Assembly (NCBI GenBank): GCA_963675755.2
Contig: CAXXMD010000003.1
Location: 2,464,001-2,528,000 of the forward strand
DNA: 64,000 nucleotides
Reading direction: 5' to 3'
From: a bacterium
GTDB taxonomy: Bacteria; Zhuqueibacterota; Zhuqueibacteria; Residuimicrobiales; Krinioviventaceae
Position numbers and translations under genes: made by a program. How positions within the stretch are numbered: position 1 is the stretch's first letter; every line of letters starts with the position of its first letter. Below, piece by piece: positions 9,816 through 20,313 of the stretch. A model generated the notes under the pieces. The model made no database searches. It saw only the letters and a list, made by a program, of their open reading frames with translations, and was not told where the DNA came from.

Positions 9816-10017
9816 TATAGCATACCTGACGGCATGCGAATTCTCGTTGTTTGTGTTCCTACATATATATTGTCCCTTACGGGACATTTGGATTGTATGT
9901 TATTTGATTGATTTTGGTTTTGTTAGGATCGATTGGTAATACAAAGGCCCCGTCAGGGGCCGGATATTTGTAGCTTTATTGAATTCAATCATTTTGCGTG
10001 CCGTCAGGTACGCGATA
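9816..10017. repeat. REPIN-like ~200-bp imperfect inverted repeat with GTAG/CTAC-type REP arms
   Basis: gcatacctgacggcatgc (9820-9837) is the near reverse complement of gcgtgccgtcaggtacgc (9996-10013). CTAC..gtcccttacgggac (9859-9885) mirrors ggccccgtcaggggcc..GTAG (9946-9973). Confidence 0.75.
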
Positions 10018-10060
10018 AAAATGAAATCTTTGCTATAAAAGTAGCTGGTATTGGATACCT

Positions 10061-11113
10061 TTATCTCGTAAACTGTCGATAAAAGAAATCCATTATATCT
10101 TTTTCAAGCGCATCGTTTAAAAACACTTCAAACGCCAGCCAGTAATGACCGTTTTGAATTTGTCCGCCAACATCACCGGTACCGCCGTCTTTCATGAGCC
10201 AGTCAAATAGATACGAAGAAAAAGAGCTGGGCAGCACACGCAAATTAATGTTTGCGAGTTTTGCCCATTTGCGGAATTCATGCTCTGGTACGGATTTATC
10301 ATTAACCGCAAGTATTGCACGGATACGTTCCGGATTTTTTATTTGAGAGGCAGTATTTAGCGGTTTGAGAGGCAATGTGCGCCAATGGCTGAAATAGGCG
10401 CTGGTATCTACATCAAACTCTTTGAAAGCGTCCTGCCACGAGATTTCAACTGAGGATTTCAATACATCCAGAATGTCTCCACCGGTTACAATGTAAATTG
10501 GAATATCATCCGGTATAAAGGGAAGGGCCGCACTAATCAGTATAGCGCCATTGCTATAGCCTGCAAGTGCTATACGCTTATGCCTGAACATGGGGAAATG
10601 TACGACTTGTTGCACAAAGGTGATAAAATGCTCCAATACAAGTTCTGCATTTTGTTGGTCCTGCGCAATATAACGGATCAATGATCTGCCTGAATCGGAG
10701 GACGATTCTACCCAGGGCTCGGGAGGTCTGAACCAGATGGCGGTGTTGAATCCTGCTTTCAGGAACTTGTTTACCATCATTCGGGATACCGGCGCGCTTT
10801 TTTGCAGAATAGGTAATTGGATGATCAGAAGATCATTTCCCTCATCGTGATAGAGCATGGAACTAACATCAAAGTCCCGACTTTCGCTGAATGAATTCTC
10901 TTTTTGCAGGGTAGGAATGGTATGGATTGATCGAAGTTGTATTTCGTACTCGCCCTTTTTTATTTCATGGATTTTATACTGGGTATATTCCCGGGTGTCA
11001 CGCCAGGGTTCATCCCAATCAATTCGCATATATTGATAATCCGTTACCAGACTAAATAACTGGGTAATAGGTATGATGAGTAGAATAAATATATGTGTTG
11101 TGAGTCTTTTCAT
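10061..11113 (-). CDS. Exported alpha/beta-hydrolase-fold protein
   Basis: Signal peptide, nucleophile elbow AGYSNGA, candidate Asp (NDKSVP) and His (NGHY). Confidence 0.6.
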   Translation of the reverse strand: MKRLTTHIFILLIIPITQLFSLVTDYQYMRIDWDEPWRDTREYTQYKIHEIKKGEYEIQLRSIHTIPTLQKENSFSESRDFDVSSMLYHDEGNDLLIIQLPILQKSAPVSRMMVNKFLKAGFNTAIWFRPPEPWVESSSDSGRSLIRYIAQDQQNAELVLEHFITFVQQVVHFPMFRHKRIALAGYSNGAILISAALPFIPDDIPIYIVTGGDILDVLKSSVEISWQDAFKEFDVDTSAYFSHWRTLPLKPLNTASQIKNPERIRAILAVNDKSVPEHEFRKWAKLANINLRVLPSSFSSYLFDWLMKDGGTGDVGGQIQNGHYWLAFEVFLNDALEKDIMDFFYRQFTR

Positions 11114-11322
11114 ATGTGATTTTGAGTTAATCCTTTTGTGAAAATAGTATAATTTTTTCTAAAAGTCAATTGGCATAAAGTTAGATTTTTTGATATTGAT
11201 ATGATTTTCAAATGAATAAAGTCGTATTGATGTGTATTGTTACTGTTTTCTAGATTTATATGTAGAAAACGGGGATTATTGTTTTTTATTCAAACATGAT
11301 TACATTTTTGGAATTTTTTTTG

Positions 11323-11351
11323 TTGTATTTTGTTATGTTTTTTATTATAAT
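11323..11351 (+). promoter_or_regulatory. sigma70 promoter of the ilv-leu leader
   Basis: TTGTAT-17 nt-TATAAT, ending about 34 nt before the leader ATG. Confidence 0.6.
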
Positions 11352-11384
11352 CTTAGATATTATCAATCCAACAGAATTGGGATT

Positions 11385-11549
11385 ATGAAAAAGAATAAGT
11401 CGGACAATTTCGGATTTAACCAGGCTGCAAAGAAAAAAGATGCAGTTTGTGCCGTACTTTATTCAAACCTCTTCTTGTACCTCTCAAACACGATTTCTCT
11501 AGTGCTATCGATTTTGATTATTATTGTGCTACTACCTGTGGTAATTTAA
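11385..11549 (+). CDS. Putative ilv/leu operon leader peptide (54 aa)
   Basis: Ends ISLVLSILIIIVLLPVVI (15 of 18 residues Ile/Leu/Val, four CTA Leu codons) immediately upstream of ilvD. Confidence 0.7.
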   Translation: MKKNKSDNFGFNQAAKKKDAVCAVLYSNLFLYLSNTISLVLSILIIIVLLPVVI

Positions 11550-11653
11550 AAATTTCTGACCTCTTACATTTTCATGTTTCATAATAACTTGAGGTCAGTG
11601 CCTTAGGTCAGGGTTTGGTACAAGTTGAACATTTATTTTAGAAAGGAAAAAAA

Positions 11654-13324
11654 ATGAGATCAGATACCGTTAAAAAAGGATATGAACGGGCACCACATCG
11701 CAGTTTACTGAAAGCAACAGGCGTTAAAGATGAAGATTTTAATAAACCTTTTATTGGTATCTGTAATTCATATATAGATTTAATTCCGGGGCACGTACAT
11801 TTACAGGAATTTGGCCGCAAAGTCAAAGAAGCTGTGCGAGCTGCGGGCGGTGTACCTTTTGAATTTAATACCATTGGTGTAGATGATGGTATTGCCATGG
11901 GACACAAGGGAATGAATTACAGTCTGCCGTCCAGAGAGATTATTGCAGATAGTGTTGAAACTGTTGCTACCGCGCATTGTCTGGATGCTTTGGTATGTAT
12001 CCCCAATTGCGATAAAATTGTTCCCGGAATGTTGATGGGTGCTTCACGCATCAACATCCCCACTATATTCATATCAGGTGGTCCCATGAAAAAAGGAATC
12101 AACTCTAAAGGTGAACCTGTGGATTTGATTTCGGTATTTGAGGGTGTAGGGCAATACTCGTCCGGGCAAATTGGTGATGCTGAACTCAAAGACCTTGAAG
12201 ACAATGGGTGTCCCACTTGCGGAAGCTGTTCAGGTATGTTTACCGCTAACAGTATGAACTGTTTGTGTGAAGCCCTGGGAATGGCGCTGCCCGGTAATGG
12301 AACTGTGCTTGCTGTGGATCCTAAACGCGATGAATTGATTGCCAGTATTGGTGAGCGCATTATGGATTTGATCGCCAAAGATGTTAAACCCCGTGACATT
12401 TTAAATAAAGATACATTTATGAACGCCTTTGCCCTGGATCTTGCAATGGGTGGTTCAACCAATACCATTCTTCATACTTTTGCAATTGCTCACGAAGCGG
12501 GAATTGAATTGAGTCTTGAAGAATTGAGTGATTTATCTAAAAAAGTGCCGTATTTGTGTAAAGTATCTCCGGCCACTAAAAATGTACATATTGAAGATGT
12601 TGACAATGCAGGCGGAATATCTGCCATATTAAAAGAGTTGTCAACTATTCCGGGTCTGCTCAAACTTGACAGACCTACAGTATCCGGTGTTTCTCTGGGT
12701 GAAAATATCAAAGATGCGGATATACAAAACACGGATGTGATTCGTAAAAAAGAAAATGCTTACGCACAGACCGGTGGTTTGGCCGTGCTGTTTGGTAACC
12801 TTGCACCGGAAGGCAGTGTAGTGAAAACAGGTGCTGTTGCACCCGAAATGTGGGACCATACCGGTCCGGCAAGAATTTTTGAATGTGAAGAAGATGCCTT
12901 TAAAGCGGTCAATGACGGCAAAATCAATCCTGGAGATGTCATTGTGATTCGTTTTGAAGGTCCGAAAGGAGGTCCGGGTATGCGCGAGATGCTCGCAGCC
13001 ACATCCGCAGTGATGGGTCGCGGTCTTGGCAGCTCGGTTGCTCTAATCACCGATGGGCGATTTTCAGGAGGTACCCGTGGCGCGTGTATTGGACATGTTA
13101 GTCCGGAAGCAGCAGCGCACGGCCCTATTGCCGCACTTGAAGAAGGCGATATGATCCATATTGATTTGAATAAAGGGCTTTTAGAAGTTGACATGAGTAA
13201 TGAAGAGATGCAAAAACGTATTTCTGTTTTACCCAAGTTTGAGCCCAGAATCAAGACAGGTTGGTTAGCAAGATATACACATTTTGTAAAATCAGCCAAT
13301 ACAGGTGCGGTGATGGAATATTAA
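11654..13324 (+). CDS. ilvD: Dihydroxy-acid dehydratase
   Basis: [38 protein letters not shown] and TDGRFSGGT motifs. Confidence 0.97.
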   Translation: MRSDTVKKGYERAPHRSLLKATGVKDEDFNKPFIGICNSYIDLIPGHVHLQEFGRKVKEAVRAAGGVPFEFNTIGVDDGIAMGHKGMNYSLPSREIIADSVETVATAHCLDALVCIPNCDKIVPGMLMGASRINIPTIFISGGPMKKGINSKGEPVDLISVFEGVGQYSSGQIGDAELKDLEDNGCPTCGSCSGMFTANSMNCLCEALGMALPGNGTVLAVDPKRDELIASIGERIMDLIAKDVKPRDILNKDTFMNAFALDLAMGGSTNTILHTFAIAHEAGIELSLEELSDLSKKVPYLCKVSPATKNVHIEDVDNAGGISAILKELSTIPGLLKLDRPTVSGVSLGENIKDADIQNTDVIRKKENAYAQTGGLAVLFGNLAPEGSVVKTGAVAPEMWDHTGPARIFECEEDAFKAVNDGKINPGDVIVIRFEGPKGGPGMREMLAATSAVMGRGLGSSVALITDGRFSGGTRGACIGHVSPEAAAHGPIAALEEGDMIHIDLNKGLLEVDMSNEEMQKRISVLPKFEPRIKTGWLARYTHFVKSANTGAVMEY

Positions 13325-13363
13325 TTTGATTGATATGATATTAACCAACAGATAGGTAATTTT

Positions 13364-15091
13364 ATGGAAGCTGCAGCAATGAAGAAAAAAATGAGCGGCG
13401 CAGATATATTTTTTGAGAGCTTGAGACGAGAAGGTGTTGACACCATTTTTGGGTATCCTGGTGGTGCTGTATTGCACATTTATGACCGATTGTACGATGT
13501 GGATTTTTTGCATCATGTACTAGTCCGTCATGAGCAGGGTGCAACCCACATGGCAGAAGGTTATGCAAAAGCAACCGGAAAGCCGGGCGTGGTTTTGGTT
13601 ACATCCGGTCCCGGGGCAACCAATACTGTCACCGGTATTGCTGATGCATATATGGATTCAATTCCTATGGTCGTCATTGCTGGGCAGGTATCCAGTCATC
13701 TGATTGGGAATGATGCGTTTCAGGAAGCAGATACAACCGGTATAACCCGATCCATTACAAAGTGGAGTTATCTGGTGACACGCATTGAAGATTTGGCGCC
13801 AACCATTCGTAAAGCGTTTCACATTGCAACTACAGGACGCCCTGGTCCGGTTGTGATTGATCTTTGTAAAGATGTTGTAATGAGCACCGGTATTTTTAAT
13901 TATCCTGAAGAGCTGGAACTGCGGGGATATAAACCCCAGGTAAACGGACACCCGGTAATGATTAAAAATGCGGTTGATGCAATTAAAAAAGCCAAAAAGC
14001 CTCTGATCTATGCCGGTGGTGGTGTTATACTGTCTAATGGTGGAAAACAATTAACCGAATTTGCTCAAAAAACAGGTATACCCGTAACCTTGACCCTTCA
14101 CGGACTGGGTGGATATCCCGGAACGGATGATCAATTTCTGGGTATGCTGGGTATGCACGGAACTTTTACTGCAAATCAGGCAGTGAATGAATGTGATTGT
14201 TTGATAGCTATTGGAGCACGGTTTGATGATCGTGTAACCGGCAGAGTTGATAAATTTGCAACCAAAGCAACAAAGATCCATATTGATATAGATCCGTCAT
14301 CCATTAATAAAAACGTTCAGGTTGATTTTCCGGTTGTTGGGCAGGTATCCAATATTCTGGCTGAAATGATTCATCATTTCGAAGGTAAGATGGAACTGGA
14401 TGATTGGTGGAAACAGATCAATGACTGGCGCGAACAGTGCCCGTTAGTGGTGCCTGAAGATGATGGCAAATTGCGTCCCCAGAATATTCTGAAAAAACTG
14501 TCGGATAGAACCAAAGGTGATGCAATTGTTGTGTCGGATGTAGGCCAGAACCAAATGTGGGCGGCCCAGCACTTTTTGTACAATCATCCCCGTACCCATA
14601 TAACATCAGGTGGTTTGGGCACAATGGGATTTTCCGTACCGGCATCCATTGGCGCGGCTTTTGGAGTTAAAGATAAACCGGTTATCTCTATTTCAGGAGA
14701 TGGCGGATTTCAAATGAATATTCAGGAACTGATTACGGCAGCTTATTATAAATTGCCGGTAAAATTTATTATTTTTAATAACAGCTATCTGGGTATGGTT
14801 CGGCAGTGGCAGGAATTGTTTCATGATTCACGTTTTTCTTTTACAGACCTGTCACACAGTAACCCGGATTTTATTAAAATTGCCGAAGGTATGGGCTGCA
14901 AGGCTCGTAAAGTTACGGAAATGTCAGAGGTGGATGAAGCAATTGATTGGGCTTTTTCTATTAATGATGGTCCAACCGTTATCGAATTTACCACTGTTAA
15001 AGAAGAAATGGTATTTCCAATGGTACCCTCGGGTGCAGCTGTTAGCGAAATGATTTTAAAACGTTTAAATCCTGATGAATTTGACGTATAA
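13364..15091 (+). CDS. ilvB: Acetolactate synthase large subunit, biosynthetic type
   Basis: FGYPGGAVL, RHEQGATHMAEGYA, TSGPGATN and ThDP-binding GDGGF...NNSYLGMVRQWQ. Confidence 0.96.
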   Translation: MEAAAMKKKMSGADIFFESLRREGVDTIFGYPGGAVLHIYDRLYDVDFLHHVLVRHEQGATHMAEGYAKATGKPGVVLVTSGPGATNTVTGIADAYMDSIPMVVIAGQVSSHLIGNDAFQEADTTGITRSITKWSYLVTRIEDLAPTIRKAFHIATTGRPGPVVIDLCKDVVMSTGIFNYPEELELRGYKPQVNGHPVMIKNAVDAIKKAKKPLIYAGGGVILSNGGKQLTEFAQKTGIPVTLTLHGLGGYPGTDDQFLGMLGMHGTFTANQAVNECDCLIAIGARFDDRVTGRVDKFATKATKIHIDIDPSSINKNVQVDFPVVGQVSNILAEMIHHFEGKMELDDWWKQINDWREQCPLVVPEDDGKLRPQNILKKLSDRTKGDAIVVSDVGQNQMWAAQHFLYNHPRTHITSGGLGTMGFSVPASIGAAFGVKDKPVISISGDGGFQMNIQELITAAYYKLPVKFIIFNNSYLGMVRQWQELFHDSRFSFTDLSHSNPDFIKIAEGMGCKARKVTEMSEVDEAIDWAFSINDGPTVIEFTTVKEEMVFPMVPSGAAVSEMILKRLNPDEFDV

Positions 15092-15130
15092 AAAAATGAA
15101 AGCAATGAACATAGATTGAGGAATTAAACC

Positions 15131-16537
15131 ATGTCGACCCCCAAAACCTTGTTTGAAAAAGTATGGCAAAACCATGTAGTTTTTACAGAACCGGATTCTC
15201 CATCCATTTTGTACATCGATCTGCACCTGGTTCACGAAGTAACATCACCCCAGGCATTTCAGGGACTTCGTGACAAGGGCTTAAAAGTGCGCAGACCGTC
15301 ACAAACTGTGGGTACTATGGACCACTCTATTCCCACAACAGATCCATCAATTCCAATTCAGGACAAGCTTGCAGCAGCACAAATTGATAAAATGGTGCAA
15401 AACTGTAAAGAATTTGGTGTACCCCTGCACGATATGAAAAGCAGTACTCGCGGTATTGTGCATGTAATTGGACCCGAGCTTGGACTAACACAACCGGGTA
15501 TGACTATTGTCTGTGGTGACAGCCACACCGCTACCCATGGTGCTTTTGGCGCGTTGGCATTTGGTATAGGAACAAGTGAAGTTGAACACGTGCTTGCAAC
15601 CCAAACGTTGCTTCAAAATAAACCCAAAACCATGAAAGTACAGGTAGATGGTGAATTGCAGCCGGGTGTAACTTCAAAAGATATCATTCTTGCATTGATT
15701 GCAAAAATTGGAACCGGTGGCGGAACCGGATATGTACTGGAATATGCCGGTAGTGCAATCCGCTCACTGAGCATGGAAGCCCGCATGACCATTTGTAACA
15801 TGAGTATTGAAGGTGGTGCGCGCGCGGGTATGATTGCTCCCGATGAAACCACATTTGAGTATATTAAAGGTCGCAAATATGCGCCACAAGGTCCGGCATG
15901 GGATGCCGCAGTTGAATACTGGAAAAGCTTGCCATCCGATGAAGGTGCTGAATATGACAAGGTTGTAACTTTGGATGCATCTGCACTAAAGCCCATGATC
16001 ACTTTTGGAACAACACCGGGCATGGGCATCATGATTGATGAAAATGTACCTGATCCGGCTACTATTTCTGATACCAATAAAAAACACGCACTTGAAAAAG
16101 CTTTGACCTATATGGGGCTAACTCCCGGTCAGGCCATTCAGGACCAGAAAGTGGATGTTGTTTTTATTGGTAGTTGTACAAACGGACGTATCAGTGATCT
16201 TCGGCAGGCAGCTGAAATTTTTAAGGGACGTAAAGTTGCAGAAGGTACCCGTGTTATGGTTGTTCCCGGATCGCAGCAAGTAAAGAATCAAGCCGAAGCA
16301 GAAGGCCTTGATAAAATTTTCAAAGATGCCGGTGCGGAATGGCGTGAATCCGGATGCAGTATGTGTATTGCCATGAATGGTGATCAGCTTGTACCCGGTC
16401 AATATGCTGTAAGTACCAGTAACCGAAATTTTGAAGGTCGTCAGGGTAAAGGTGGACGCACATTCCTTGCAAGTCCCCTGACCGCTGCAGCAGCAGCAAT
16501 AACCGGTAAAGTGACCGATGGACGTACATTAAGTTAA
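15131..16537 (+). CDS. leuC: 3-isopropylmalate dehydratase large subunit
   Basis: [39 protein letters not shown] and [12 protein letters not shown]. Confidence 0.97.
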   Translation: MSTPKTLFEKVWQNHVVFTEPDSPSILYIDLHLVHEVTSPQAFQGLRDKGLKVRRPSQTVGTMDHSIPTTDPSIPIQDKLAAAQIDKMVQNCKEFGVPLHDMKSSTRGIVHVIGPELGLTQPGMTIVCGDSHTATHGAFGALAFGIGTSEVEHVLATQTLLQNKPKTMKVQVDGELQPGVTSKDIILALIAKIGTGGGTGYVLEYAGSAIRSLSMEARMTICNMSIEGGARAGMIAPDETTFEYIKGRKYAPQGPAWDAAVEYWKSLPSDEGAEYDKVVTLDASALKPMITFGTTPGMGIMIDENVPDPATISDTNKKHALEKALTYMGLTPGQAIQDQKVDVVFIGSCTNGRISDLRQAAEIFKGRKVAEGTRVMVVPGSQQVKNQAEAEGLDKIFKDAGAEWRESGCSMCIAMNGDQLVPGQYAVSTSNRNFEGRQGKGGRTFLASPLTAAAAAITGKVTDGRTLS

Positions 16538-16591
16538 TTGGATTCGAATACTAGCCGGAATTTCCGGTTTGACATAAAACACGAGGTAGCT

Positions 16592-17200
16592 ATGGAAGCC
16601 TTTACAACATTGACTAGTAAATTTGTTTCAATACCAGTAAATGACATTGATACAGATCAAATTATGCCGGCCAGATTTTTAAAAGTAACTGATAAAGCCG
16701 GTTTGGGAGAAAATGTGTTTTTTGACTGGCGTTATAATGAAGATGGCAGCAAAAAATCTGATTTTGTTTTGAATCAACCCAAGGCACAGGGTGTAAAAAT
16801 ATTGATAGCAGGAGATAATTTTGGCTGTGGTTCAAGTCGTGAACATGCCCCCTGGGGATTGACAGGATTTGGTTTTAAAGCCATTATCAGTACCAGTTTT
16901 GCTGATATTTTTAAAAACAATTCTTTAAAGAATGGTCTGTTGCCGGTTGAAGTCAAAGAAAGCGTATTGCAGAAATTATTTGACCTTGCAGATGCCGGTT
17001 CTGATGCTGAATTAATCATCGATCTGGCATCACAAACTGTCACTTTGCCTGATGGCAGCAAAGTTGATTTTCCGGTTGATCCTTTTAGCAAAACGTGTCT
17101 TTTGGAAGGAATTGATCAGTTGGGGTATCTGCAAAAATTCACAGATAAAGTTGAAGCTTTTGAGATAGAAAATTCTGCAAGAGTAAATACACTCGCCTGA
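16592..17200 (+). CDS. leuD: 3-isopropylmalate dehydratase small subunit
   Basis: DIDTDQIMPARFLK and NFGCGSSREHAPW; ATG 16592 follows SD gagg. Confidence 0.96.
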   Translation: MEAFTTLTSKFVSIPVNDIDTDQIMPARFLKVTDKAGLGENVFFDWRYNEDGSKKSDFVLNQPKAQGVKILIAGDNFGCGSSREHAPWGLTGFGFKAIISTSFADIFKNNSLKNGLLPVEVKESVLQKLFDLADAGSDAELIIDLASQTVTLPDGSKVDFPVDPFSKTCLLEGIDQLGYLQKFTDKVEAFEIENSARVNTLA

Positions 17201-17209
17201 TAAAAATTG

Positions 17210-17237
17210 CACCCCGATTTATATTAATCGGGGTGTT
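17210..17237. terminator. Hairpin between convergent leuD and the Cys-rich PAS-like gene
   Basis: CACCCCGATT-tatatt-AATCGGGGTG. Confidence 0.65.
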
Positions 17238-17775
17238 GTTCTATTAACTCAATAACATCTACTTTATCTATTTGAAGAAAAACAATATCTTTAACTTTTT
17301 CCGTAGTAATCAATAATTTTTGTTTTACAATATCGTTACCATTTTTAATATCAATTTCAGCTATTTTTCTTACTACACCTGTACCATTTTCCAGTGTTTT
17401 GAGAATAGAGCTGTTTATCATACAGCCTTTGCAATGCTGACTTTTTCCGCAAGTTCCATTTTTTTTAAAATGAACACAATCAAATACTTCTCCACCAACA
17501 AAATTTTCTATCTTTTCAAGTGGTTTTTCAACCATATGTCTGCCGGCATTGTTGGCTGTTTTGATTACGATTTGAGAATCAACTAAAAATACCGGTTTTT
17601 CAAATTTGTTTAGAAATTGTTGTAATGACTCTCTTTTTTTATTGTGACCGTATTGCAATTTTTCTTTACAATCCAAGCATATACCATGAGTTATATTGTA
17701 TCTCGGATTAGAAGTTTCAAATGCAGCCGGCCCCATATCCATATTGCACCAGGCGCAAACGCGTTGCACTATCAT
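17224..17775 (-). CDS. Cys-rich sensor-like protein: CAWC...HGICxxC module + PAS-like domain with Cys cluster
   Basis: VCAWC...THGICLDC, then PVFLVD...ANNAG... and GGEVFDCVH...CGKSQHCKGC. Confidence 0.6.
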   Translation of the reverse strand: MIVQRVCAWCNMDMGPAAFETSNPRYNITHGICLDCKEKLQYGHNKKRESLQQFLNKFEKPVFLVDSQIVIKTANNAGRHMVEKPLEKIENFVGGEVFDCVHFKKNGTCGKSQHCKGCMINSSILKTLENGTGVVRKIAEIDIKNGNDIVKQKLLITTEKVKDIVFLQIDKVDVIELIEQHPD

Positions 17776-18103
17776 ATATCTTTAACCCCTAAATTATCAA
17801 TGGTGAATATTTAAAGTTACTCATATTTAATAATACATTCAAACCCTGTTTTTGCATAAAAGAAAAAGTGCGTTATTTTTAGCATTGTAAAATTATTTCA
17901 ATTCCTTTTTTAACGCTGAAATGGCATATATGTTGCTTTTTATTTTTTACTTGAAAAATGAAAATGTTATTTTTTTTATTTCTCCCGTTAAGATCTTGTA
18001 AAATATATGCTTGGGTAAGGGTATATTTTGCTGTTTTACATTGAGAATGCTTCATCTTTTGTTCTCGCTGAAAAATTTTCCCTTTGGATGAAAGGAGTAT
18101 CTA

Positions 18104-20215
18104 ATGTCCAGGTTGAAATTGAAAACCGAATTTTATATTGCCGCTGCCAGTGTTTCAATTGTATTATTGATTGTTGGGATTTGGGGGATTACTAGTGTAA
18201 TACATTCAAAAAATTGTTTAAAATCTATTAAAGAATCTCAAGTATCTGCATTGAATTTATTGGGTGATTTACGAGATGCACAGGCAATTATTTCAGAATA
18301 TGAAGCGATTGTGTTGAATCCGTTTACAAAAGAAACAGTTACTGCAGGTACTTTAAGAAAACAAGAAACGGACGCCTGGCTTTTAATTGAAAGTACTATG
18401 AAAGAATATGGTGCTGTTGAAAAGCTCCCGGATCATGAGAAAAAATGGAAATCCTTTTTAACTGTATTTCAAGAGTGGAAGGATGCGCATCAATCCGTAT
18501 TACGTACATCTGTAATCAATGATTCCGTGAACAATAATGCTTTTGAGGTCCAGTCTGCTTTTTCATTTTCATTATTAAAATCTCAAGCTCTGAGTGAATC
18601 GATCAAGGTTTTGCAAAATGTTCATTTGACAGCAATGGACCAGATTCAGGCTAAAAATGATACAAATGCAAATATCACTATCCTGATTTTATCTATACTC
18701 ATTATAACAGGATTTGTTATTGCATTTGTTTTTGGAATATTTTTTAATCGGGTTATTATTAAACCCGTTAATACTATTATTGCTGTGCTTAAAGAATGTA
18801 ATGAAGGAAATCTTCGTCCCCGCGCCAATATAACTCATAAAAACGAAGTTGGTGATCTTGCACAAACACTAGACAGTTTTGTTAACAAGCTTGAAACCAA
18901 GATTGTGGGTGGTATGTACAAGCTTGCTCAAGGTGAAATGATAGATGAGATTTATGTCAGCAATAATGATGATCAGGTTGCTCCTGCTATGAATACAATG
19001 GTTCAGACATTGAACAATGTTATGCAGGAAATTAGTATCATTACTACACATGCTATTGATGGGGATTTGGAATATCGGGGAGAAGCAACCGATTTTAATG
19101 GTGTTTTTCAGGATATTATTCAAAAAGTTGATGAAACCCTGGATGCAATTATTACTCCGTTGAATGCGGCGTTAGAAATATTGACTAAACTTTCAGATAA
19201 AGATCTTACTGTACGAATTCAAAATGATTTTCATGGTGATTATCAGCAATTAAAACAAGCAATCAATCAGGCTATGGAAAATCTGGATACCAGTTTGTCC
19301 AAAGTTGCAATGGTTGCTCAACAGGTTACCGTAGCAACCGACCAGATCAATGCCGGCAGCCAATCGGTAGCACAGGCAGCATCTGAACAAGCCAGTTCTC
19401 TTGAAGAAGTATCGTCTTCATTGCACGAATTGGCATCACTTACAAAACAAAATGCCGGTAACACCAATGAAGCCAAAGATATGGCAACAAAGATAGAGTC
19501 AAATGCCAGCCACATTCGATCAGTAATGGATTCTATGGCTCAAAAGATGGAACTGATTAAATCTTCTTCTGATGAAACAGTAACCATTGTAAAAACTATT
19601 GATGAAATTGCTTTCCAAACAAACCTGCTGGCATTGAATGCTGCTGTAGAAGCTGCACGGGCCGGTGAAGCAGGAAAAGGATTTGCCGTGGTTGCGGAAG
19701 AAGTCAGAAACCTGGCTATACGATCTGCAGAAGCTGCGAAAAATACGTCCGCACTGATTGAAAGTTCAAAGCAGAACACGGATGAAGGTGTTAAAATGAC
19801 GGGCGATATGAATTCTGTATTGATGGATATGATAAGAGATATTTCCGATATTGCACAAATTATTTTTGAAGTGTCTGAGGCGGGTAATGAGCAGTCCCGT
19901 GGTATTGAGCAGGTTACAGCAACTATCGGAGAATTGAATACAATTACTCAACAATTTGCCGCAACCTCGGAAGAAACTGCCAGCTCAGCCCAGGAAGTGA
20001 ACAGCCAGGTCCATGAATTAGAAAAACTTGTAATTGATTTTAATATTAGCCAAAAGAATTCTTACATGGGGTCTGAACCTGTTTTATCTTTTAATAATAG
20101 CAGGATTGCTGAAAAAGATCGTAGAGCTTCCGGATATCATTCGGCAGATCCGGAAAAGATTATACCCTTTGGGGATGAGCCTGTTGATAATGATTTTGTA
20201 TTAAATGATTTCTAA
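18104..20215 (+). CDS. Methyl-accepting chemotaxis protein
   Basis: Two TM helices around a four-helix-bundle sensor, HAMP domains, signalling tip [37 protein letters not shown] and an acidic IIPF...DF tail. Confidence 0.95.
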   Translation: MSRLKLKTEFYIAAASVSIVLLIVGIWGITSVIHSKNCLKSIKESQVSALNLLGDLRDAQAIISEYEAIVLNPFTKETVTAGTLRKQETDAWLLIESTMKEYGAVEKLPDHEKKWKSFLTVFQEWKDAHQSVLRTSVINDSVNNNAFEVQSAFSFSLLKSQALSESIKVLQNVHLTAMDQIQAKNDTNANITILILSILIITGFVIAFVFGIFFNRVIIKPVNTIIAVLKECNEGNLRPRANITHKNEVGDLAQTLDSFVNKLETKIVGGMYKLAQGEMIDEIYVSNNDDQVAPAMNTMVQTLNNVMQEISIITTHAIDGDLEYRGEATDFNGVFQDIIQKVDETLDAIITPLNAALEILTKLSDKDLTVRIQNDFHGDYQQLKQAINQAMENLDTSLSKVAMVAQQVTVATDQINAGSQSVAQAASEQASSLEEVSSSLHELASLTKQNAGNTNEAKDMATKIESNASHIRSVMDSMAQKMELIKSSSDETVTIVKTIDEIAFQTNLLALNAAVEAARAGEAGKGFAVVAEEVRNLAIRSAEAAKNTSALIESSKQNTDEGVKMTGDMNSVLMDMIRDISDIAQIIFEVSEAGNEQSRGIEQVTATIGELNTITQQFAATSEETASSAQEVNSQVHELEKLVIDFNISQKNSYMGSEPVLSFNNSRIAEKDRRASGYHSADPEKIIPFGDEPVDNDFVLNDF

Positions 20216-20245
20216 GTGTTTCCATTGGGGGGAAACACTTAATTT
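20213..20245 (+). terminator. Hairpin after MCP
   Basis: TAAGTGTTTCC-attggg-GGAAACACTTA. Confidence 0.55.
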
Positions 20246-20313
20246 CCTTGGTTTCATGTCTGATTTATGTTATCTTTTAATATTTGAAACAAACAATTCA
20301 ATGGAGACGTACA

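Noticed and set aside
11232-11384. 105-aa version of the ORF upstream of ilvD
   Set aside because: The N-terminal half is T-rich promoter DNA containing the -35/-10 boxes; ATG 11385 is the plausible start.
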